Positions 1 to 9,193 of a DNA stretch of 64,000 nt are shown piece after piece. A program made the translations under genes and the position numbers. The stretch covers positions 3,808,001 to 3,872,000 of the forward strand of contig OZ242260.1 of NCBI GenBank assembly GCA_965207065.1, in the 5' to 3' direction. Position 1 is the first letter of the stretch. Every line of letters starts with the position of its first letter. The notes beneath the pieces are model-generated. The model saw only the letters and a list, made by a program, of their open reading frames with translations, did not search any database and had not been told where the DNA came from. The DNA comes from a bacterium (GTDB lineage Bacteria; UBA8248).

Positions 1-896
1 TCCACGTATTCGAGTCCCATCTCCGCAAACGCCGCATAGAGCGCTTCCCTGCCCTCCCGCACCAGCGCGACGGCGCGCTCCTTGTAGTCGTCGTCCTCGA
101 GCGCGGCCAGAGCCGCCGCCTGCGCGAGCTGATTCACGTTGAAAGGATCGCGAACGCGGTTCATGTACTCGACGACACCCTCCCGGCTCACGGCGAATCC
201 CACGCGCAGACCGGCCAGCCCATAAATTTTCGAGAACGAGCGCAGGACGACCAGCGGGAAGCGCTCGATCAGTGAGACGCTGTCCGGATAGGCCGGATCG
301 TCTACGAAATCGCCATAAGCCTCATCAAGGAGTACGAGAAGGCCATCTGGCAACTTTTCGAGGAAGGCGACGAGTTCACCCTCCGCCAGTATTCCGCCCG
401 TGGGGTTGTTCGGCGAACAGAGGAAGACGATTTTTGTGCGCCCGGAAATTTGAGCGAGAACGTTTTCCAAATCGACTCGCATGTCACGGAGGGGCGAGAA
501 AACGACTCGCGCTCCCATCACCCGGCTCACGTGTGCATAGGGGCTGAAGGTGGGCTGGGGGATCACCACCTCGTCGCCATCGTTCAGGAACGTCCTGCTC
601 AATACGGAGAGTACGTCGTCGCCCCCGTTTCCCATGAACACACACGATGGGGAGACGTCCAGTTTTTTCGCCAGGCGTTCCACCAACGCCTTCGCCCCGC
701 CGTCGGGATAACGATGCAGGTCCTCGAGCGCGCCGCGAATCGCATCCATCGACCCAGGCACGGGGCCGAGCGCGTTTTCGTTGCTGGCAAGCTTGACGAC
801 GTCGCTCAGCCCGTACTCGGCGGCCACCTCTTCGATGGAGCGCCCCGGCACATAGGCCTTAAGCGATGAAACGCCCTTTCTCAGCAGGTCTTCCAC
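1..896 (-). CDS. hisC: Histidinol-phosphate aminotransferase (3' end runs off the window)
   Basis: Not in the ORF track. Manual translation from GTG at 896 gives MEDLLRKGVSSLKAYVPGRSIEEVAAEYGLSDVVKLASNENALGP..., with later NPNNPTG, DEAY and RSFSKIYGLAGLRVG PLP motifs. A GAGAGGA RBS-like sequence lies upstream. Confidence 0.9.
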   Translation of the reverse strand, partial: MEDLLRKGVSSLKAYVPGRSIEEVAAEYGLSDVVKLASNENALGPVPGSMDAIRGALEDLHRYPDGGAKALVERLAKKLDVSPSCVFMGNGGDDVLSVLSRTFLNDGDEVVIPQPTFSPYAHVSRVMGARVVFSPLRDMRVDLENVLAQISGRTKIVFLCSPNNPTGGILAEGELVAFLEKLPDGLLVLLDEAYGDFVDDPAYPDSVSLIERFPLVVLRSFSKIYGLAGLRVGFAVSREGVVEYMNRVRDPFNVNQLAQAAALAALEDDDYKERAVALVREGREALYAAFAEMGLEYV

Positions 897-1135
897 GTTC
901 AAAGCCTTATCCTCTCTTTGTTATCCTCGTCATCGTCCTGAACTCCTGGAACGGCGAACATATAGACCATCCGAAGCGATTTGACCACACCCCCCGACGG
1001 GCGTGCTGCTTGTATCCTCCATACGAAGGAACCGGATATCGTCTTACGCCATGAGACCCGGAAAGTCGATGCGTTGCTCTCGGTAAGCGAGACGGGCTAA
1101 TATGTGTCGTATCAGCCGTCGAACGGAGGCTCATC

Positions 1136-1984
1136 TTGAGCGATGCGAAGCCGGATGCGAAACTGAAAAAACTCGAACGAACCCTCGAAGAGATGGGGAG
1201 CGTGCTGGTCGCGTTCTCGGCGGGCGTGGACAGCACCTTTCTGGCGAAAGTGGCCTACGACGTCCTCAGAGCGGGGGCGCTCGCCGTCACGGGCCGCTCC
1301 GTCACCCTGGCGGCATCCGAACTCGAAGAATCGGGCGTCCTTGCGGCGCAAATCGGGATTCGCCACATCATCATCGACACCGACGAGATAGCGGATGAAT
1401 CGTTCGGGAACAACCCGCCGAACCGCTGCTATTTCTGCAAAAACGAGCTCTATTCCGTCCTGAGCCGCGTGGCATCCCAGGAGGAGATGGCCGCCATCGT
1501 CGATGGTTCGAATGCCGACGACGTAGGCGACCACCGCCCCGGCATGCAGGCGGCGCGGGAGCTGGGCGTGCGGAGCCCGCTCATGGAAGTGGGCATGACG
1601 AAAGAGGACATCCGCACCCTCTCCCAATCGTTCGGACTCCCCACCTGGGACAAGCCCGCGCAGGCGTGCCTCTCGAGCCGCTTCCCGTATGGGGACCGCA
1701 TCACGCCAGAGAAGATCGCCCAGGTCGAAAAGGCGGAAAGCGGCTTGCGGGAGCTGGGCTTCCGGCAGCTGCGGGTGCGCCACCACGGCGACGTCGCCAG
1801 AATCGAGGTGCCCAAAGCCGACATCGCGCGGCTGGTCGATGAGGAGACATCCAGACAAGTGATCGCCCGCATGAAAGAGGCCGGCTTCACCTACGTGACC
1901 ATCGACCTGGAAGGATTCCGCTCGGGGAGCATGAACGAAGTGCTCAAAACCGGGCGCGGCTCCGATTTGCTCATACTCTCGTGA
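1136..1984 (+). CDS. larE: ATP-dependent sulfur transferase LarE (PP-loop family), [4Fe-4S]-type Cys signature
   Basis: PP-loop SAGVDS, NPPNRCYFCK, DGSNADD..DHRPG, ACLSSRFPYG, RVRHH and GFRSGSMN motifs. TTG start. Confidence 0.93.
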   Translation: MSDAKPDAKLKKLERTLEEMGSVLVAFSAGVDSTFLAKVAYDVLRAGALAVTGRSVTLAASELEESGVLAAQIGIRHIIIDTDEIADESFGNNPPNRCYFCKNELYSVLSRVASQEEMAAIVDGSNADDVGDHRPGMQAARELGVRSPLMEVGMTKEDIRTLSQSFGLPTWDKPAQACLSSRFPYGDRITPEKIAQVEKAESGLRELGFRQLRVRHHGDVARIEVPKADIARLVDEETSRQVIARMKEAGFTYVTIDLEGFRSGSMNEVLKTGRGSDLLILS

Positions 1985-2739
1985 ACCCCGAACTCATTCT
2001 CGAACTGCTCGAGCAGGTGAAGCAGGGCCGACTCGCGCCCGATGACGCCGCCGCGCGCCTTCGGGACCTGCCCTTCGAGGATCTGGGGCATACGCGGGTG
2101 GACCACCATCGCGCTCTCAGAAACGGCTTTCCCGAGGTCGTCTTCGGCGCGGGAAAAACGAGGGAACAAGTCGTCGAAATCGCAAAGAGCCTGATGGCGA
2201 AAGAGCAGACCGTCATGGTAACGCACGCGGGCGCGGATCAGGCGAAAGCCCTGCTCGAACTCTCTCCCCGCGCGAACCACCACGAAACCGCCCGCATCGT
2301 CGAAATCCAGTGCGAAAATCCGCCCGCTCCCATCGGCTCCATCTCGGTCGTCTGCGCGGGCACATCCGACATGCCCGTCGCAGAGGAGGCGGCAGTGACC
2401 GCGCGCATCCTGGGTTCTGAGGTGACGCGCGTCTACGACGTGGGCGTGGCGGGCCTGCACCGCCTCCTGGCGGAGGTAAAAACCCTTCGCGAGTCGAACG
2501 TCATCATCACCGTGGCGGGGATGGAAGGCGCCCTGCCCTCGGTGGTCGCCGGCCTGGTGGCCTGCCCCGTCATCGCGGTGCCAACGTCTGTGGGCTACGG
2601 CGCGAACCTGGGCGGACTGACGGCGCTGTTCGCCATGCTGAACTCATGCGCTTCCGGCTTGAGCGTGGTGAACATCGACAACGGATTCGGCGCTGCCTGT
2701 CAGGCGCACCTCATCAACCAGCAGACGGCTAGATCATGA
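1981..2739 (+). CDS. larB: Nickel-pincer cofactor biosynthesis carboxylase/hydrolase LarB
   Basis: DHHRALRNGFPEVVFGAGKT, AGTSD, DVGVAGLHRLL, VAGMEGAL, PTSVGYG and VNIDNGFGAA motifs. GTGA overlap with larE. Confidence 0.95.
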   Translation: MNPELILELLEQVKQGRLAPDDAAARLRDLPFEDLGHTRVDHHRALRNGFPEVVFGAGKTREQVVEIAKSLMAKEQTVMVTHAGADQAKALLELSPRANHHETARIVEIQCENPPAPIGSISVVCAGTSDMPVAEEAAVTARILGSEVTRVYDVGVAGLHRLLAEVKTLRESNVIITVAGMEGALPSVVAGLVACPVIAVPTSVGYGANLGGLTALFAMLNSCASGLSVVNIDNGFGAACQAHLINQQTARS

Positions 2740-3974
2740 AGACGATTTATTTCGACTGCTTTGCGGGGGCTGCGGGCGACATGCTCGTGGGCGTTCTGCT
2801 CGACTTGGGGCTGGACTTCACTGCCCTGGAAGGGGAGCTTGCGAAGCTCGAAATTGGAGGCTACTCATTGTCTAATGATAGCGTCCTAAAACAAGGGGTT
2901 ACAGCCTGCAAGTTCAGCGTGAACATCACCCATGAAACGCACCATCATCATCATGAAGGAGAAGGCGTCCACGGCGCGCATCATCACGGCCGCTCCTACC
3001 GCCAGATTCGGGAAATCCTGGAAAAGGCGGCGATTCCCGAGACTCCCAAAAGCCGAGCCATTTCCGCGTTTCACCGTCTGGGCGTTGTGGAGGCGGACAT
3101 CCACGGCGTCGAACTCGACGCCATCCATTTCCATGAAGTCGGAGCGGTGGATTCGATCATCGACATTACGGGCTATTTCCTGGGGCTCCACATGCTGGGC
3201 GTCGAGCGGGTGGCGGCCTCTCCCCTGCCGGTGGGGAGCGGGTTCGTGCAGTGCGCGCACGGGCGAATGCCGGTTCCAGCGCCCGCGACGGCGAAGCTGC
3301 TCGAAGGCATACCCGTGGCGAAGAGCAACCTCGAAGGCGAGATCCTGACGCCCACGGGCGCATTGCTGCTCGGCGAGAGCGCGGAATACTTCGGCCCCAT
3401 GCCCGAAATGACGATAACGCGGGTGGGCTACGGCGCAGGCGATAAGGACCAGCCAAACATCCCCAACGCCGTTCGCGCTTTTATGGGGGAAAGCGAAGCG
3501 AGCACCGAAGGCGAAGGACCACCCGCCACCATCGCCGTGCTGGAGGCCAACATCGACGACATGAGTCCAGAGCTATTCCCTCACGTGATCGAAGGGGCTA
3601 TGAAGGCGGGCGCGCTCGATGCGTTCTCCATACCCGTCACGGGCAAGAAGGGAAGGCCCGGACAACTGCTCACGATTTTAAGTCCCCTGGCGAAGCAAGA
3701 CACCCTCACCCGCTTCCTGTTCCGGGAGACGTCCACACTGGGCGTCCGCCGCCGCACAACGGAGCGCGCGGTTGCCGAGCGCGCGTGGGTGGAGGTCGAC
3801 CTCCCCTGGGGCCGGGTGCGCGTCAAGACAGGAACCTTCGAGGGCGCCCTCACCAATATCGCGCCCGAATACGAAGACTGCAGGCGCCTGGCGGAGGAGA
3901 GCGGGGTGCCGCTCAAGGGGGTGATCGAGGCGGCCTTGGCGCGCGCCAGAGAGATGTTGGAGAGCAGACCATGA
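2736..3974 (+). CDS. larC: Nickel insertase LarC
   Basis: YFDCFAGAAGDM, His-rich insert HETHHHHHEGEGVHGAHHHG, HFHEVGAVDSIID, PVPAPAT, TPTGA, EANIDD, KKGRPG and PEYEDC motifs. ATGA overlap with larB. Confidence 0.95.
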   Translation: MKTIYFDCFAGAAGDMLVGVLLDLGLDFTALEGELAKLEIGGYSLSNDSVLKQGVTACKFSVNITHETHHHHHEGEGVHGAHHHGRSYRQIREILEKAAIPETPKSRAISAFHRLGVVEADIHGVELDAIHFHEVGAVDSIIDITGYFLGLHMLGVERVAASPLPVGSGFVQCAHGRMPVPAPATAKLLEGIPVAKSNLEGEILTPTGALLLGESAEYFGPMPEMTITRVGYGAGDKDQPNIPNAVRAFMGESEASTEGEGPPATIAVLEANIDDMSPELFPHVIEGAMKAGALDAFSIPVTGKKGRPGQLLTILSPLAKQDTLTRFLFRETSTLGVRRRTTERAVAERAWVEVDLPWGRVRVKTGTFEGALTNIAPEYEDCRRLAEESGVPLKGVIEAALARAREMLESRP

Positions 3975-4213
3975 AAATCCGCATTAAATTGTTCGCGGAT
4001 TTTACGGACAAGATGCCGCCCGAACAAGATGCGGAGGGCACCGCCGAAATCACGCTGCCGGAGGGCGCCAGTGTTTACGACGTACTCGATCGCTTCCAGA
4101 TTCCCTACGAGGAGGCCTATATCGTCCTGCTCGACGGACGGCACGCGAAGAAATCGGTCGTGATACCCGAAGGCTCCGAGCTTTGCGTGTTCCCGCCCAT
4201 CGTGGGGGGGTGA
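3971..4213 (+). CDS. MoaD/ThiS family ubiquitin-like sulfur carrier (80 aa)
   Basis: ATG at 3971 overlaps the larC stop (ATGA). MKIRIKLFA...LPEGASVYDVL...LLDGR...ELCVFPPIVGG shows a beta-grasp pattern with C-terminal di-glycine. The ORF track start at 3785 is a spurious extension. Confidence 0.9.
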   Translation: MKIRIKLFADFTDKMPPEQDAEGTAEITLPEGASVYDVLDRFQIPYEEAYIVLLDGRHAKKSVVIPEGSELCVFPPIVGG

Positions 4214-4247
4214 GGGTCTCCCTGGCCGGGAACGGAGAATATAAGAC

Positions 4248-5090
4248 ATGCTGACGATAGACGCCCAGGTCCACGCCTATGAAAGGGACTGCCCGGAGCG
4301 GCCGTGGGCCGGTTCTCTGCCGGGACCCTCGGAAATCACCGGCGACGGCATGGCCGCGGCCATGGATGCGGTCGGCGTCGACGCCGCCGTGCTGATCTCC
4401 CCGTTCGCCCTGTACCGCTACGACGCCGGCTACGCGCTCGAGGTGCATGCCGCGCATCCGGGCCGGTTCGCCCTGATCAAGCCGGTCGACCCGACAGATC
4501 CGACCGTAGGGGAGACGATAGCCGAATGGGCCTCGCTGGAGGGGACGGTGGGGGTGAGAATCATGCTGAACCCGGGCCCCGGCCTCGATCCGGCCCATCC
4601 GGGGGTCGACCGGGTTCTCGACGCCGCCGCCCGCTGCTCGCTGCCGGTCAATCTCATGTGCTGGGGCCTGCTGGAGCATGTCGCGCGGTATGCGCGCGCG
4701 CATCCGGGCACGATGCTGGTGGTCGACCACTTGGGATTAGAGCAGCCTTTCCACCCGCCGGCGCCGCCTGAGCCATTCGCCGACCTCCCCGGTCTCCTGG
4801 CTCTGGCGGATTACGACAACGTCGCCGTGAAGATCACCGGCGCCTGCACGCTATCACGCGCCCCCTACCCCTACGACGATATCTGGGACCCGCTCTGCCG
4901 GGTCTTCGACGCGTTCGGCATCGATCGCTGCCTGTGGGGCACCGATTGGACGCGCGCGGTCAATCTGCTGACCTACGAGCAGGGCGTGGCGCCGTTCCGC
5001 CTCACGGACCGCCTGAACGACGAGGAGCGCGCGACGCTCATGGGCGGCGCCTTGCAGCGGATATACGACTGGTCGCCTGTGATCACCTGA
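4248..5090 (+). CDS. Amidohydrolase_2 family TIM-barrel protein (lactonase-like)
   Basis: IDAQVH, VVDHLG, VAVKITG and RCLWGTDW motifs. GGAGA RBS. Confidence 0.8.
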   Translation: MLTIDAQVHAYERDCPERPWAGSLPGPSEITGDGMAAAMDAVGVDAAVLISPFALYRYDAGYALEVHAAHPGRFALIKPVDPTDPTVGETIAEWASLEGTVGVRIMLNPGPGLDPAHPGVDRVLDAAARCSLPVNLMCWGLLEHVARYARAHPGTMLVVDHLGLEQPFHPPAPPEPFADLPGLLALADYDNVAVKITGACTLSRAPYPYDDIWDPLCRVFDAFGIDRCLWGTDWTRAVNLLTYEQGVAPFRLTDRLNDEERATLMGGALQRIYDWSPVIT

Positions 5091-5257
5091 GCGGGCGGGA
5101 TTCGACCCTCTACGGGGTCAACCCCGACTGAAGTAGGGGGGCGCCGACCAAGAATGGTTTCGAGACCCACTCCCGCCGCAGGGTGAACCCTTCTTCGGGC
5201 TCTTTCCACAGACTGTGACCCCGTGCCTACAGGTACGTTTCGATGCGCGAGGTATTC

Positions 5258-5381
5258 ATAGGGGCGGACCCGTGTGTCCGCCCGATTGCCCAGACGCGGA
5301 AAAATGGGAGAACACGCAGGCCCTTCCCTACGCCGCCTGGCCATTTTTCTCCAGTAGGGACAGGTCGCGACCTGTCCCTAC
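5258..5381. repeat. GTAG/CTAC REP-like palindrome cluster
   Basis: ataggggcggacccgtgtgtccgcccg (5258-5284), an inverted partner ending in ccctac (to 5331), and a perfect 28-bp palindrome gtagggacaggtcgcgacctgtccctac (5354-5381). Confidence 0.85.
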
Positions 5382-5409
5382 AATATCCGCGCCCCCTTTT
5401 GCCTACGTT

Positions 5410-5554
5410 CGTCATTCCGGCGGATGCCAAAATCCAGAAACGATTAAGGTGGAGATACTGCGGTTTTTTATTCTCTATCCGATTGGATTGGGGTGACTGA
5501 AAAACCAAAGGTGAAAAATAAGACCCCTGGATTCCTGCATTCGCCGCAATGACG
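5410..5554. repeat. Element bounded by 28-bp inverted repeats (cgtcattccggc...atccag / ctggat...aatgacg)
   Basis: 5410-5437 and 5527-5554 are imperfect reverse complements around an AT-richer spacer. The same arms recur at 38421-38563. Confidence 0.8.
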
Positions 5555-5593
5555 GTCAAAATCGAATGTCGGACAGGCGCGGGGGGCGCGCAC

Positions 5594-6622
5594 TCACGAA
5601 TCGATCACGACAGGCGCGCGGCCGATAATCCGGTTTTCCGAGAGATCGGCCAGCGCCTTTTCCACCTCGGCCAGGGGGTACGTCCCCGAAACGACCGGCT
5701 TCACCCGGCCCGAGCCGACCCAGTCGGCGGCCTCGGCCAGCTCCGCGCAATTCACGTAGCGCGATCCGGTTACCGTGATCTCATCGTTCACGAAGCGGGT
5801 GGGGTCGCTCGCGAAGACCGTTCCCGGCTGAAAGCCCACGACGACGAGGACGCCCGTCCTCGCCAGCGAAGCGAAGCTCTTCGGCAGCGTCTGCTCCGTG
5901 CCCACGAACTCCAGCACGGCCTCGGCTCCCTTGCCGCCGGTGATCTCTTCGACGACCTCGGCGAAGTCCTCCTCCAGGCCGTTCACCGCGTGGTCAGCGC
6001 CCAGCTCCCGGGCCCGGGCGAGCTTTGCGTCGTCGATGTCCACCGCGACGACGCGCGCGCCGAAGGCCTTGGCGATCTGGACGGCGTGGATTCCCACACC
6101 GCCGCAGGCGCCGACGACGACCACATCGTCCCCCGGGCGCACGCCCGCGCGCGTCTTGATGGCCTTGAGCGGGGTCGCCACCGGGCTCACGATGGTTGTG
6201 GCCTCGGCGTAGCCCACGCCTTCGGGAATGGCGCACAGGTTCCCCGCCGGGACCCGTACAAATTCGGCGTAGCCGCCGTCCTGGTGCACCCCGAAGTAGC
6301 CGCGGAAATTCTCGCACAGCGTCACCCGGCCGAGCCGGCAGAACCGGCATTGACCGCAGGTGAGATAGGCGTGGACGACCGCGCGGGTACCCTCCTCCCA
6401 TCCCTCGACGCCCGGTCCCCTTGCGGCCACTTCGCCCGCGATCTCGTGGCCCATGACGAGGGGCAGCTTTCCACCGATCCGGCCCGCGCGGATGGTCACG
6501 TCGAACTGGTCCGGCGCGCAGGCGTGAACGCGCAGCACGACCTCCCCGTATCCCGGCGCCGGGTCGGGCACCGTTTCGAGCGTCAGGGGACCTCCCCATT
6601 CATGCAGAACCATGGCGCGCAT
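5594..6622 (-). CDS. Medium-chain dehydrogenase/reductase (zinc-binding alcohol dehydrogenase family)
   Basis: GHE motif, structural-Zn CGQCRFCRLGRVTLC and Rossmann GACGGVG. Confidence 0.88.
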   Translation of the reverse strand: MRAMVLHEWGGPLTLETVPDPAPGYGEVVLRVHACAPDQFDVTIRAGRIGGKLPLVMGHEIAGEVAARGPGVEGWEEGTRAVVHAYLTCGQCRFCRLGRVTLCENFRGYFGVHQDGGYAEFVRVPAGNLCAIPEGVGYAEATTIVSPVATPLKAIKTRAGVRPGDDVVVVGACGGVGIHAVQIAKAFGARVVAVDIDDAKLARARELGADHAVNGLEEDFAEVVEEITGGKGAEAVLEFVGTEQTLPKSFASLARTGVLVVVGFQPGTVFASDPTRFVNDEITVTGSRYVNCAELAEAADWVGSGRVKPVVSGTYPLAEVEKALADLSENRIIGRAPVVIDS

Positions 6623-6783
6623 CGCAGCCTCCTCGTTGGTCGGACAAAATCATTACGAATCGTCCGGAAAAACGCATTTTCCTCATTTCCCGATGATTCT
6701 GTGGAGAACTACGCGTCCCCGAACTTCTGAAAACACATTCGGATAATGAGTTTATCTAATTGATAAAAAAGGAGATATTATTT

Positions 6784-7242
6784 TTATTCTTTCTCTCTTC
6801 GCTCGACCATGATGGTGACGTCGCCCTCGTGGATGAGCTCATCGCTCTGGTTCAAGAGTGTCAGCGACAACGTCACAATTCCCTGCCCCTTGCTTGAGAT
6901 GCGCTTCGATTTCACGACGACCTCGCCGGAAATCGTATCGCCGAAGCGAATCGGGCCGCGAAAACGCCACTGCAGGCCCAAGAATGCTTCCACCGTCCCC
7001 TCGATAATCCCGAGCCTGGTCACCAAGCCCATGAGGAAGGAGAGGCCGAGCAGCCCGTGGGCCACCCTTTCCCCGAAAGGAGTTTCAGCCGCCGCCTCCG
7101 CATCGGTGTGCAGGTAGGTGTAATCGCCCGTCAGGGCGGAGAAGGCGTTGACGTCGGACTCTCCTATCGTGCGCGCGGCGGTCTTCCATGCCCTGCCCTC
7201 TTCGAATTCCTCAAAAAACAAGCCTGTAGCCTCGTATTCCAA
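6784..7242 (-). CDS. MaoC family hot-dog dehydratase
   Basis: FSALTGDYTYLHTD..AAETPFGERVAHG and PIRFGDTI motifs. Confidence 0.85.
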   Translation of the reverse strand: MEYEATGLFFEEFEEGRAWKTAARTIGESDVNAFSALTGDYTYLHTDAEAAAETPFGERVAHGLLGLSFLMGLVTRLGIIEGTVEAFLGLQWRFRGPIRFGDTISGEVVVKSKRISSKGQGIVTLSLTLLNQSDELIHEGDVTIMVERREKE

Positions 7243-7252
7243 AACACGCTCC

Positions 7253-8098
7253 TCAATTCAAAAGAAAACGGAAGGTGATTTCGCCCCATTGCTCCTTGTC
7301 CTCAGCGCCTGGAGGCAGCGGACTGAAGCGCCAGCGCTTCAGGTGGTTCGAGGCCAGACCCTCGAGGTAAGCGCTTGCTTTTCTGGTCGGAATGACACGG
7401 CCGACGGTGCCGTCGGGCAGCACCCAAAACTTGAGCACGATCTCCGTCGTACTTTCGAGCCTCTCGAGTTTCGGGGGTTTGGGCTGAAACAGGATTCTCC
7501 GCCTCGCTGCAGGCCCTGCGATGTTGGTCCGCCTCTGCTGCCTGGAAGAGCGGGAGTCGCTCAGGCGCGATAATTGCTCCAACATCTTACGGTCCGCTTC
7601 GGAGCCCGGCAATGCTACTTTTTTTCTTCGCTTCAACCCCCTTGACTCGCCTGCCTTTGTCTTTTCATCTACCGGCAACACAATTTCGTCCACCGTCTCT
7701 CCCGCCTGCAAAGCGCCTAATGAGGGTATCTCGCCAGGCGCAAGCACCGGTTTTGGCATATCCAGAACGGGGGCATCGGGCAGTGGCTCGCTCTCGGGCA
7801 AAACCCCCGGATCGGGCGCTACGAGCTTCGTCTTCACATCCATGTTCAAGTCCCGCTCCGCCATGGATTTTTTTTCAAGCATATGGTTCAAATCAAGCGG
7901 TTCCGGCAGGGGAACTTCAGGCAAAACCTTCGGAAGCAACGCTTCGGGTATGGGAACCTCGCGGCGCACCAGATCGACTTCCATTCTTTCGGGCTGTTTG
8001 GCGAATATCGTCGGCAGTTTGAAGGCGGGACTGAACAGAATCACCCCCATATGAACGGTGATGGAAAACAGAATCGTCAGGATGAGTGAAAAACTCAT
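7253..8098 (-). CDS. TonB family energy-transducer protein
   Basis: N-terminal TM with S-x3-H (FSITVH), Pro-rich periplasmic linker and TonB-C-like end (LKFWVLPDGTV...LKRWRFSPLP). Lies downstream of exbB/exbD. Confidence 0.75.
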   Translation of the reverse strand: MSFSLILTILFSITVHMGVILFSPAFKLPTIFAKQPERMEVDLVRREVPIPEALLPKVLPEVPLPEPLDLNHMLEKKSMAERDLNMDVKTKLVAPDPGVLPESEPLPDAPVLDMPKPVLAPGEIPSLGALQAGETVDEIVLPVDEKTKAGESRGLKRRKKVALPGSEADRKMLEQLSRLSDSRSSRQQRRTNIAGPAARRRILFQPKPPKLERLESTTEIVLKFWVLPDGTVGRVIPTRKASAYLEGLASNHLKRWRFSPLPPGAEDKEQWGEITFRFLLN

Positions 8099-8123
8099 GG
8101 GATTTCAGCCAGCCTCCTTCGGG

Positions 8124-8549
8124 CTATTTCGTCTTCTTTTTTTCCACTCGTTTCGTTGGCGCCGTCGCAATCGACATGCGCAGGGCGCCCGCCTGTTTGG
8201 CAATATCCATCACCTGCACCACCATACCGTGCGGTACGCCCTTGTCCGCTCGAATGATGATCATACCCTCCGACTGCACTTTCAACTCTTCTATCAACCG
8301 GCCCCAGAGCGATTTCAGCGGCACCTGATCATTATTCAAAAACACCCTTTCATCACGCGAGATAATGAGGATCAAATCCTTGCGGACGGGGTGTTCCTGC
8401 GTGACGGTGCGCGGCAACTCCACCTTGACGCCCGGCTGCAAGACGAATGAAGAGCTCAGGACAAAGAACAGGAGCAGCAGGAAAATGATGTCGATCATGG
8501 CCGTCATGCCGGGTTCGGCCCGTACTCGCCTGAGGTCTCGAAATTTCAT
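8124..8549 (-). CDS. exbD: ExbD/TolR family protein
   Basis: MTAMIDIIFLLLLFF TM with the conserved Asp, VELP and IRADKGVPHGMVVQVMD motifs. Confidence 0.9.
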   Translation of the reverse strand: MKFRDLRRVRAEPGMTAMIDIIFLLLLFFVLSSSFVLQPGVKVELPRTVTQEHPVRKDLILIISRDERVFLNNDQVPLKSLWGRLIEELKVQSEGMIIIRADKGVPHGMVVQVMDIAKQAGALRMSIATAPTKRVEKKKTK

Positions 8550-8556
8550 CGCTTCC

Positions 8557-9156
8557 TCACCTCTTCAGCGACTCGACGACCCGGTAGGAGTGCTTTTCGA
8601 TTTCCAGGATGAGGCGGTCCGCCTTGTTGGTGAAATAGTTGTAAAAAATGAGCGTGGGTATGGCGATGACGAGCCCGGTCGCCGTCGTGATAAGGGCCTC
8701 GCTGATGCCGCCGGCGAGTTGACTTGGGTGAGCGATTCCCTTCTCGCTAATGATGGCGAAGGTCCGAATCATGCCAAAAACCGTGCCCGTCAGCCCCAGA
8801 AGCGGCGAAATGGCGGCAATCGTTCCCAGGGCGCCCAGATTCCTGTCGAGCGTGGTAACCTCCTGCCTGCCCGCATCCTCAACGACGGAGCGGAGTTCTT
8901 CCCGATTTCTATCGTGATTCGCTATCGTGACGAGCAGTATCCTGCCCATGACCGATGGATAGCGTCGGCAAAGGGTCATGGCGTCTGACACCTGGTTCTC
9001 CGCAACCAGATCCCTGACCTGCTGCAAAATATCGAGTTGAATGATTTTCTTGGTGCGCAGGTTGAGAGTCCGCTCCAGGACAATGGCCAAGGCCAAGATG
9101 GAGCAAACGCCCAACGGAATCATCAACACCCCGCCTCTGGCCAAAAATTCGAACAT
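8557..9156 (-). CDS. exbB: ExbB/TolQ/MotA proton-channel protein
   Basis: Probable start MFEFLARGGVLMIPL at 9156. LGTIAAISPLLGLTGTVFGMI and GISEALITTATGLVIAIP motifs. Confidence 0.92.
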   Translation of the reverse strand: MFEFLARGGVLMIPLGVCSILALAIVLERTLNLRTKKIIQLDILQQVRDLVAENQVSDAMTLCRRYPSVMGRILLVTIANHDRNREELRSVVEDAGRQEVTTLDRNLGALGTIAAISPLLGLTGTVFGMIRTFAIISEKGIAHPSQLAGGISEALITTATGLVIAIPTLIFYNYFTNKADRLILEIEKHSYRVVESLKR

Positions 9157-9193
9157 CAATATGCACCTTTGCGTAAATGGGAGCCTTCGATTT

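Noticed and set aside
2736-3974. Possible programmed frameshift in larC, as in Lactiplantibacillus
   Set aside because: larC is one uninterrupted frame containing both domains.
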